A stretch of 63,020 nucleotides of DNA, filler included, from Intoshia linei (Eukaryota > Animalia > Orthonectida), in the NCBI GenBank assembly GCA_001642005.1. It is 4 parts of 4 records of this genome, joined end to end, with 100 filler letters (N's around TTAATTAATTAA, not from the genome) between each part and the next. Parts side by side here need not be neighbours in the genome. Positions count along the whole stretch, not along the records: positions 48,233 to 63,020 come from LWCA01000946.1; 3 more parts are not named here. One strand, given 5' to 3'. Below, one piece after another: positions 52,891-63,020 of the stretch; position 1 is the first letter of the stretch, and each line of letters starts with the position of its first letter. Both the position numbers and the translations under genes were made by a program. Below the pieces are notes generated by a model. That model searched no databases and was not told the DNA's origin. It saw only the letters and a program-made list of their open reading frames with translations.

Positions 52891-54208
52891 TGGTTAACTA
52901 ATTAACTTTCTAACTGGATACAACTGATTTTATATAGAAAAACAGTAACAAGAATGAAAATTTTTTAATTTTGATAAAAATTGTCCAATTTTTCTTCTAT
53001 AGTAAAGTTGTCCGCTAAATATATCGCTACTGTATATTGAATATTTGGCGAAATAAACAATTTACAAACTACAGAACTAGTTAAATGTAGATAAAATACT
53101 GTTTTTAATATTAACAGAGATTTAGTTTTTTGTTTGGATCAGGGATTATCTATCATTTTTGGACCATCGCCTCAGATCAAAAAAAATAATTTTTGCAAGA
53201 TTATCTACTTTTCCTCAAACCTTTATTACTGATTCTTTAATAATTAGTAATCTAATTTTTGGCATTATAAAAATTTATGACATAGTAAAGGTTCCATTTT
53301 TTTGGAATTTAGAAAATTTTTTGTTTGATAAGGTTGACGTTTATTTTTTCTAATTATAATATTTTTATTTGACTTTACAGAAAAAAATTTGAGCATCGAA
53401 ATTTCTGTCGAAAAAAATTTTTTTTGTTTTCTTTTTTTCTTAAAATCTACATTTAAATCCCTTATCAATAATGATTTAATTAAAATTGTGATTTCATGAA
53501 TGAATGTAATTTTAATAATATACATTAATTAGAAAATAAGTTTATTTTGGAATAAATGGCCCAATATTAAAAAATGGTCCAGGTTAATAATCCCTGATTT
53601 ATATACTCTCAATAGGTGTCGTGGTAAAAAAGTTGTAAAAAATTATTAGAAAGTATGTTCTATAATTCGCCAAAAATTTTCGAAATCGCGATTGTGGCGA
53701 ATAGTGGAGGTTTTACCACCAATTTTTGTAACAATTTTTTACTCTCATCCCAAACATCTAGGTTAAACTATGAAAGTAATGAAAACTAATCAGTTAATAA
53801 ACCAGTCAAATGTCATTTTTGATTTACCCCTTTTCAACTTAATATTATCACATCACTTAAATTCACTAATACCACTGTTAAAGTATTTTTGAGACAACTG
53901 CCTAAGGCGCATAGTTATAAAACGATTTTCAAGTGGTCAAAAATGTAATAATTCTACAGATTCTGTACGATAGAGTTAATGAACCTTCAACCTTATTTAT
54001 TTTTAAATATACTTTTAATAATTATTTTTGAATTTTAAAATTTATTCAATTATAATTTCCACCAATTGACCATTATGATTAATATCATGGTACCGTAAAA
54101 AATGAATCATATAAAATACTTGTTTACATTTAATAAAAAATTTATAATATGTAAAATTTAACACTAAACTTAGAAAATCCTGAATATAAAGATTATGCAA
54201 CCTTGAAT

Positions 54209-55156
54209 ATGGATATCAACAGTAACGAAACAAAAAATATTGATTACGTGTCAGATACAGTCAAATCAGATTCGACCGAAAATGAAAAACCTGAAAAACA
54301 AGAAAAATCATCATCTCCAAAAAACATTAAACCACCATATTCATACATAGCTCTAATTACGATGGCAGTTTTGCATTCTCACGATCGAAAAGCAACTCTA
54401 AGTGGTATTTGTGATTTTATAATATCAAAATTTCCATATTATCGCGATAAGTTTCCAGCGTGGCAGAATAGTATACGCCACAATTTATCTTTAAACGATT
54501 GTTTTTTAAAAATACCTCGTGAACCAGGAAATCCAGGTAAAGGTAATTATTGGACACTGGATCCAAATAGTGAAGACATGTTTAATAATGGTAGTTTTTT
54601 AAGAAGACGAAAAAGATTTAAACGAGTAAATTCTAATTTCAACCCTTACGCGTACCAAAATGTGATTGTAAAGATAAATAACCAACAAATGATGACATTA
54701 CCATATAATAATTACAATAATTTACAAAAAATGAAATTGAGTATGCAGCAAATTAATGATTATTATATGCAACAATATTTGAATGTCAATATTTCACATC
54801 AGCAAATGTATCTAAAATCAGAATACCCTAAATTACATCGGATGAATTGTCATTCAAATCCGTATAACAATACCATGAATTCCATTTCAACATTGTACAA
54901 TAATAATTTTCAAAATATAATCAAAGCTAATAATAATAATAACAATTGTAATATTCAACAAAATATCAACTATAACCTCCAACTTGAAAAACCTCAACCT
55001 ATTAGCCCTGAACCTATTAATATAACTTGTAATCATTCGATCGAATCTCATTTAAATTCTAACGTCAATGTAAATGCATATTCTCACAAAACTTCTTCAA
55101 GTTTAAAGAAAAAAAAATCGTCTAGTTTTTCGATAGATTGCATTTTAAATATGTGA
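54209..55156 (+). CDS. FoxD: Forkhead box D transcription factor, intronless
   Basis: [13 protein letters not shown]...[76 protein letters not shown] is FoxD-diagnostic. C-terminal eh1 motif FSIDCIL. First ATG at 54209. Confidence 0.96.
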   Translation: MDINSNETKNIDYVSDTVKSDSTENEKPEKQEKSSSPKNIKPPYSYIALITMAVLHSHDRKATLSGICDFIISKFPYYRDKFPAWQNSIRHNLSLNDCFLKIPREPGNPGKGNYWTLDPNSEDMFNNGSFLRRRKRFKRVNSNFNPYAYQNVIVKINNQQMMTLPYNNYNNLQKMKLSMQQINDYYMQQYLNVNISHQQMYLKSEYPKLHRMNCHSNPYNNTMNSISTLYNNNFQNIIKANNNNNNCNIQQNINYNLQLEKPQPISPEPINITCNHSIESHLNSNVNVNAYSHKTSSSLKKKKSSSFSIDCILNM

Positions 55157-55193
55157 TTTAATACATTTTATTTATATATTTTTTTATTTACAA

Positions 55194-58100
55194 TCATTTC
55201 CTTTTATTTTGTGAATCTTTTTGACTATTAAATTTAAATTGTTTTAGAATGTTTAACATGGTTTTTTCATTGAATGATACTCTTTTTTTTGATGATGTTC
55301 TTGAGAATCGACGCACGTTTACGCTTTCTTCAGTAGGTAATAGATAATCAAAATGTTGTTGGTTATACAGTTCTATTAATGGCCTTATCGCTGAACGTGT
55401 AGTTATTTTATCTGATTTTAAAAAATTAATCAAATCTATTTGGGCCATTCTATCCACATATTTTTCGTGTAAAAGATTGTCTAAATTTAGATATATGATC
55501 ACATTCAATAAACATAAGTACAGGTTTTCACTATTTTTGGTGTTTTTATACCTGTCCAATAAAATGTATCTGTTTTTGTGTGTAAGCATTTATTCAGAAA
55601 ACAGACAAAGCAAAAATTAAAAAAGGCTGTTTTTAGAGCAAAGAATAGTAGATAAATTCCACTTTAACAAATTTGCATCTTCACGCCTAAAACCCAAAAA
55701 ACCAATTTTTTAAAAATAGAAAAAAACTAACATAGTGGTGTAGTTATTGTAGATTTATATAAGTTACACGGTTGACTCTTATGTACTACGTACAAAAAGC
55801 ACCTAGTTCTGCCGAGTGCACATTTTTATTATACCAAAAAAATAAATTCACATTGAAAATCTAAGTTAAAAATCCTACGTTAACCCTAGGTTAATTTGTG
55901 GTTTTGGCCCTGAAGATATAATTTTTTTAAATTTAAATTTATAATAATGTTTATGATTTTAGAATCCGTATCAGCGTATATATTTTTTTAAATTCTCCAA
56001 CTCGTTTGATTTTCAAAAAGAAGGACAATTGGGCTTTTTGACCAGTAAGATGTGAGTTTGGGAGGTTGAAATTTATTTTGCTCACACCCCGGAAAAAACT
56101 GTAATTGAAATGTGCACTTTATAAAATTCTAAGACTGGTAATTATTGAAATAAACGATAACACATATATATATATACTGTGTATTTATTAACAATTTAAT
56201 TTCTCGAATTCTGGCTATTAACATTATTTAAATTTGATTCAAATAATTAATAAAATCCAAAAAAATTGAGCTAGAAGCAAATTTAAACAAATAAACTGTA
56301 TAACTAAACATGGAGAACAATATTATGAAGTCGGTACCACGTTTAATTTCTCAAACGCCAATTTCCGTTAAATTAAAGTTCTGTTTTAATTTTTTAATAT
56401 ATACTATATATATAGAAAACTTTAAATGGTCAGGCTAACTTCACCATTAGGAGTTGGCTGAAAATATTTTACAGTAGTTATTATTTGAGTAATACTATAA
56501 TTTTAAGCTTTAAGGATATTTTTTCTAAATACCCATGAGACACCTTAATACACAGTGTGTGTATTACACACGGACAAACCAAGCATATTATATAAGTAAG
56601 GATTGTAGTAAGGACTATATATTTATATTTCATACCTTCCAATTCGTTTTTTGATTTATAATTAATAAAGTCTGCTGAAGAGGGACGGCAAATATCGATC
56701 CAATTAGTAGATCGTTTTTGGGAATCATTCATTGTTATTAGTTTTGATATTAAACGTTCATACACTGGTTTGCTTAATTGAATTTGGTCCATTTTGGTTG
56801 AAACTACAATTAAAGTGTATTATTAAATTAATTCTTTCAATAATTTGAATCTCAATCTAAATATTAGTACGTGGTGGTCAAGGCTGGTCCATGACTATCA
56901 CAGTAAAAGTGAATTTTTTTGAATTTTAGTAATTTTTTATGTCTTATTTTATTTAACCTTTAAAGTGGTTTTAGGTTATATTTTGATTCAAAATTTAAGA
57001 TTACCTCGTTTTTTAGTGTTTCTAAGTGTATATTGGCTATATTGGCACCATTGAATGCAACTGAAATGAATAATGTCATCTCTCTGATTTATATTGACAT
57101 TGTCGCAATTTAAAATTTCCAAGGCTGATAAATATCGATAATTTTTGATGGCAATAGTGAGAGGATTAAAAGAAATGCAATTTGAATCAAACAAGTCCAA
57201 TCTACTCTTTTTAACAACATTAATAATCATTTTAACGATATGAATGGAACAATATCGTGCAGCATAAGCCAATATTGTGTCTCCACACTTATCTTTCAAA
57301 TTGACATTAGTCATTTCATAATTGAGCAAAAAATTAACTACACTAATGTGATTCTAATATAAACGATATACAATATATAAATTATAAATTAAATTATTTA
57401 GAGTTTCTCATGAATATCCTAACTTATATAAAATGCGACGCGATTTTTGTTTGTGTGTCTGTGTGTGTGTGTTACTTTTTTGAAATAACTAGCACTCTTC
57501 AAATTTTTTAAAGACCACATTTCAATTACAGTTTATTCCGGGACGTATAATAACATAAATTTCAACCTCCCAATTTCACATCTTAAGGGTCAAAAACCCC
57601 TGCTGTCCCTCTTTTTGAAAATTAAACAAGTTAGAGAATTTAAAATATATATACGCTGATGCAGATTTTAAAATCATAAACATTATCATAAATTTAAATT
57701 GCTGATGCGGATTTTAAAATCATAAACATTATCATAAATTTAAATTTAAAAAAATACACTGATGCGGATTTTAAAATCATAAACATTATCATAAATTTAA
57801 ATTTAAAAAAATTATATTTTCAAAGCCAAAACCACAAATTACCCTTCCTTTTTTATGAAAACAGCCCTAGAATTTCAAAAAATTTACAGGTAGTAGAGTT
57901 ATATCATGTTAACACACATATAAAATTTCAATCCGAATAAGTGACGACTTCATGGTCAAAAAAGCATTTTAATATTCATACATTTTTTTTCCGAATCATT
58001 ATATTAAAACCATAAATGTAAAATAATTAACAGTTAGAAAATTAAAAAAAATGATTATTCTAATAAAGCTTATTCCAATTGATATAAATACAAAATTTCA

Positions 58101-59451
58101 ACTCCAGAAATCTACGCATTCCCGGTGAAAAATTATTTTTAATATATTATATACCCATATTTTTATAATATTTCGATTAAAATCAAAAATTGCAAATGTA
58201 AATATTGATCCTACAATTTCAAAAAAAATGTAGAGTGTACGTCTACACATTTCCAGTAAAGAAATATGGTTGAAAATCTATATAATTCATTCCTTCGGAA
58301 TGATTTTTCATTGCTACGCAATTTTTTAATTTCAAATTTTCATTTTCAAAAAATTTTGTAAACTTTAATAAATTTATGACACTACAGCAACGTAATATAA
58401 AATATAAAATTAAATTTATACTAACTGAAACATTATTTTTTTTATTTATAATTGTTACAAATTCAACATAAATTGGTAAAAATAAAAACTACATTCAGTA
58501 GCTAACAGTCCAAAATAATGAAGATAAGACGTCTCAATGAGTCTCAAAAAGAATATGATATCCGAAATAGGTAAGACAACAATTGTTTTTTTAATTTTTT
58601 TTAATTAATCATCATACTGTATTCATTCTGATTTACATTTAGGAAAATTTTTAGTAGACAATCCAATTTTTTTATAAAATAAGAAAAAAGACCAAAAGTA
58701 TGGACACATTTTTAACATCAATCATTTTTATATTACAATTCTTTGCAATAATGGTAAATGTTAACAAAAAAAATTAAGATGGAATAATTTAATTTAAAGT
58801 AAAAAGTAATGTAATATGACGGTAATTTATTTTTTTGGTATAATGAAAGAGTGCCCTCGGTAGAGCTAGGTGCTGTTTGTACGTAGTACTAAACATCCAA
58901 GCTAGTAAATTTATATTTATGAAAAATAGAAAATTTATATATAAACTAAAAATGAAAAAAATTACATTCATTAAAGCATAATGTAACCCACTTCGACCAC
59001 ATTTATCTTGAATATTGACATTTACAAAATGTTTTGAAAAGTTTGGTATTGTATGCATCGAAAGGAATCTATTAGATTGGAGTAACATTTTGATCAAAAC
59101 TAAACAGCAATGTTCATTTTTATTTAAACATGCATATATAAAAATGGTGCGCCCATACATGTCTAGTTTATTGATATTGGTCTTGTACAACTCTTTGTTT
59201 TTGGTTAATTTAGTACTTTTTTCACACGTATCAGACAAATCTACTCCAACCGGATTTTCCCATCCCGGATCGCTGGGTAAATGCTTATTTCTATTATCCA
59301 GTATCATTCGCACCTGTATAACTCTTCCTTCAATTACACTCTTTTTAAGCCCATTAATTTCAAGTTTCTTGTAATCCTTATCCGTTATGGCACCATTTTC
59401 AGGATGAATAAATACATCTGAAGAATCGTTAATTGTACTATCTGGTAACAT
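55194..59451 (-). CDS. Ankyrin-repeat protein (ANKRD63/ANKRD34-like)
   Basis: Exons 59451-58966, 57353-57005 and 56803-56636 splice in frame (INKLDMYGRTIFIYAC, VNIQDKCGRSGLHYALMN|NHISVVNFLL, VNLKDKCGDTILAYAA). A phase-compatible last exon 55480-55194 carries a KKRVSF motif. The 3' structure is uncertain. Confidence 0.8.
55766..56602 (-). mobile_element. Helitron-family copy with internal deletion in an ankyrin-gene intron
   Basis: Minus-strand 5' end A|TCCTTACTTATATAATATGC at 56602. 3' hairpin TGTACGTAGTACA near 55780. Confidence 0.65.
57417..58905 (+). mobile_element. Full-length non-autonomous Helitron (Lep1-like organisation)
   Basis: A|TCCTAACTTATATATAAAATGCG, then a (GT)n microsatellite. 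3' end GTAC-GTA-GTAC hairpin, then CTAG|T. Inserted between A and T without a TSD. Internal triplication at ~57655-57805. Confidence 0.85.
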
Positions 59452-60207
59452 GATAACTTATGCTAACCTCACACACTGATCCTATTTAACCAATTCATAT
59501 TTAAAATCGGAAACAACATAAAATTGTAATATTTCTACATTTTAACAACAAAGTCACCTAATTAAATCGTATATCTATTATTCATGAATAATTTACCCAT
59601 TTAGATAATTGTTGTAATTTAACATTTATGGAACATTCATACGTTGAATTTAATGCACATTTTGTACCATGTTGTTTCAATTCAATTTTTATTCACCTAT
59701 TTCACATACTAGACAATTTCATTTACATTCATATCCCATTTTGTAACTATAAAATACCTTTTTCTAAAATAATTAAACTATAACTGTATTTCAAAACATT
59801 GAGGCAACATACCACTTCACTTTATTTGATCTTGTCTATATTTATCTATATTTTGTATTTATCAATACATTCACTTTAAAATATATATTTCTAATTATAA
59901 ATAACAATTAAATTGACAATTTTTAATTTTTATACAATTTAAATCAATTAAAAGTAAATCTACCGTATTATATACAAGTAGATTTGAATGTTTTAATTGA
60001 TCAATAGAATAATAGCCATTTATTAGCATTTTGAATGAATGACTTTACTTGTAATTGTGAATATGAAAAAATTCAAAATGATTCAAAATGCCGATTTTAA
60101 TTTTATAGCTAGTTAGTTCTAATCATAAAAAGTAAGTAGTTTAGTTCTAGTTTATAAATGGAATTAATACGGTGTAAGGACTCTATTGAGTAAGGATATA
60201 GTGGGAC

Positions 60208-60614
60208 CGGAGCCGTTTTAAGGCACGGGCAATATGGGCTGTAGCCTAGGGCCCCTCATTAAAAAAGGCCCCAAATTAATAAAAGTACTTTACATTTATA
60301 TCTTAAAAAGAGGCCCAACTTTATTAAAAAATACATCATTTATATCTTAAAAATCAGTTTATAAGTTTTGAAATGTGGAAATTCAAATAGAAGCTAGAAA
60401 GAAAATAGTTTAAAGAATCAAAGTTCTGGTAATTATTCAATTTAAAATATAATGCTTTTATTAATACTCAATGTAATAAGACTCTAAGTCTCCAACCAAC
60501 AGTATTACCTGTCTTTTAAACAGGGGAGCAAAATTTTTTTTATGTGCAATTATTATTTAAGTGCTCCGGCCCTTTGCTTAGCCTAGGGCCACGAAGTTTC
60601 TTAAGACGGCTCTG
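60208..60614. mobile_element. hAT MITE with perfect 8-bp TSD
   Basis: TSD AGTGGGAC at 60200-60207 and 60615-60622. TIR CGGAGCCGTTTTAAG / CTTAAGACGGCTCTG. Confidence 0.88.
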
Positions 60615-60627
60615 AGTGGGACCAGGA

Positions 60628-60825
60628 CAGTAGCGGATCTAGGTGGGTGCAGGGGCGCCTCTGGCGTGACAAATGTGCTCCTAAAATATTTTAATTTGTG
60701 TATTGACTTTGTGAAAATTTGTACGTAGTACATAACAGTCAACTAGTATTTAATAAACATAATATAAAAATTTTAATTTGAATACATTGTATGCGTTTAG
60801 CCCCCTAATAATTGATCCGCCACTG
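60628..60825. mobile_element. MITE (CAGTAGCGGATC...GATCCGCCACTG) containing an isolated Helitron 3' end
   Basis: TIR pair visible. Internal TGTACGTAGTACATAACAGTCAACTAG|T at ~60720-60747. Confidence 0.7.
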
Positions 60826-61185
60826 GATCCAGACCGTGAAAGCCAGAGGTAGGTCCTCCGGGTCAGATGTAAAATTTTTGGGCCATGTACAAAATTCTCT
60901 TTCAAAATGTGACGCCTATGCATGATTTAATCGATCGTATATTGTTCAGAAATAAAAATAATAATTGGAAATCGCATTGATCATTATATGAAATTTTGTA
61001 AAAATAGGAAATTTTCCAACATTGCCTATTAATAAATTAAATTAGTAGACCTTCATAATTGTAGACCCGGCTCATGTGGACCCTAGTCTCATTTCCCGCC
61101 CTTATTGGGACACAGCATTCTGAGGCTAGAAATAATTCCATTTTAAACAATTTTTAATATTGTTCCTTAATTATATAAAGTAAAT

Positions 61186-61822
61186 AGGTTGAATGTTATG
61201 TACTACGTATAAACATCACCTAGCTCTGCCGAGGGTACATTTTTATTCTACCAAAAAAATAAAGAATTTAAAAAACAATTGTTATCCCATTTTTTTAATT
61301 TATTAGACAGAATGTGTGTATAATATTAAAAATAAGGTAAAAACAGTCCAATCCTAAAGATTGTCATAAATAGCATAAATTCCAGAAAAAATGAAATTAT
61401 AAAAATTTATTTTGTCATTTTCAATGTGATGATATATTCAGTATCAATTTAATAAATACACTTAAAATTACCAATTATATATCAATAATCTTCACTTTAT
61501 AAACACATTTCAGTCGAATTTTATCAAAATTGCAAAGGATTGTAATAAATATAAAAATTCCGAAGGAATGAATTATATAGATTTTCCCCCATATTTCTTT
61601 ATTGGAAATTTGTAAACGTTAAATGCATATTGTTTTGGAAATTATAGGATCAATATTTACATTTTCAATTTTTGATTTTAATCGAAATATTTGAAAAATA
61701 TTGGTTGAATATATTAAAAATTATTTTTCATCGGGAATGCGTAGATTTCTCGGGTTGAATTTGCATTTATATCATTTGGAATAAGCTCTATCAGAATAAT
61801 TTTTTTTTTAATTTTCGGACCG
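61186..61822 (-). mobile_element. Helitron-family copy (3' part)
   Basis: GTTATGTACTACGTATAAACATCACCTAGCTCTGCCGAGGG and the following blocks match 6335-7070. Confidence 0.75.
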
Positions 61823-63020
61823 TAATACAACACAAATGTAATACAAAAAAAAACTACACTCACCTGTCACGAATCGGCATCACATTTTACATATCGTCAT
61901 ACAATTTTTATAAAAATTAATCGATTAGAATAAACACAGTTCATTTTTTTAGCTCGGCTTCTAGAGAGTTCATATTACTTTTTTTCATTAAAATGTATTT
62001 AAAACGTAAATAACTGCATTTCATAATGACACACTCAAATTTTCACAGTTAAAATAAATTTTTGGTCATTATAAATTTTGGAATTTTTATATTTGACCAA
62101 TATTACAAAAACCCCTTTTTATGGAAAAAACGCCCTCTGAGGTTAAATATTTCATTTTTTCACTCCAAATTTGGTATATGTTTTAGTGGGTCGTACGTTA
62201 ATCGCATCCATGTTTAAAATAAAATTATTGGCGCCAATTAAGAAAAACGCGCGAAAACCTTAAAAAAGTAAACCGCTTAATGTTTTTACGGTAAATTATT
62301 CTAAAAATATATTTTTTAGGGGTTTTTAAGTACCCTCTTCAGCGTGGTATAGGGTATTTTCAACAAAAATCCATTTTTGTAAAAACGAACAGCCCTAATG
62401 AACAGTATCTACAAAAGAAATGAATAACGTTGATATTAAGGTATGTGAACTACTTTATTATTTGATATAAAAAATGTGATGGTGTCTTCTAGAAGGGATC
62501 ATAACATGGAAAAGGTACATGTAATGATCAGTAAATATGACTAATATAAGTTATCTTATATAGAAAGATGCCCAAATCGATATTCTAACTGATTTGACCT
62601 AGCAGAAAACGATTATATGACTATAACCATTCCGCCAATTAGGGATATGAGTTATACCAAAACTATACATTGAAATATCTATTTGTGCGATTGTGATATG
62701 TCATTAGAATATAAAAGGAAATGTATACTTAAAATACATTAAGAATTGTATGTAATAAAGCGGGGAATCCACAAGCGACTGAAGTATCACAATTGGCTAC
62801 ATTTTTTCTAGTACCCGTTACAGGGCTCTACCCAATCTCCATTTTTTATGTCATGTGCAGTTACATATTACATGTAAATATAAAAAAATAAAAATTAACT
62901 ACATGAATCATTAACTTGTATGTATTGACTCAAAACGTATATAAATATTTGTAAGAATTCATTTATGAATTGTAATTATAACCGAATCAGTTATTTGTCA
63001 TGTAACAAACATGAAAAAGG

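Noticed and set aside
54121-54127. TGTTTAC forkhead site upstream of FoxD (autoregulation)
   Set aside because: A single 7-mer is expected by chance in such AT-rich DNA.
59015-59374. Antisense ORFs over real genes (also 3214-3396, 9524-9784, 23397-23645, 29119-29355, 38139-38330)
   Set aside because: Shadow ORFs opposite coding exons with no independent motifs.
62670-62745. IYLCDCDMSLEYKRKCILKIH, a possible second CGGBP1-like finger relic
   Set aside because: Too short and stop-bounded to support a call.

Overview
Very AT-rich eukaryotic (metazoan) genomic DNA, built from four contigs joined by 100-bp N/TTAATTAATTAA spacers. Introns are bimodal: many are 35-75 bp, and others are inflated to 1-2 kb by transposon debris. 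The FoxD gene, tiny introns, divergent proteins and tight gene packing fit a reduced invertebrate or parasite genome; an orthonectid such as Intoshia is a guess, not something the sequence shows. Genes reconstructed by hand: two tandem paralogous N/Q-rich proteins ending in a divergent RRM-like domain; an Ariadne/ARIH1-like RBR E3 ligase with an altered catalytic motif; EXO1 next to MSH2; RPLP0 head-to-head with USP39; a divergent type I membrane receptor-like gene; a two-RRM Lys-rich protein; FoxD; and an ANKRD63/34-like ankyrin protein. Non-coding space holds a non-autonomous Helitron family, hAT, Tigger, piggyBac and Kolobok-like MITEs (including two three-level nests), two dead Tc1/Tc3 elements and a gypsy gag relic. 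No tRNA, rRNA or CRISPR was seen. The most novel candidates are the orphan prion-like RRM pair, the His-less RBR active site, the EXO1-MSH2 linkage and a possible operon-like gene junction. Exon boundaries come from manual GT-AG and frame analysis, and family calls from recalled motifs, not database searches.
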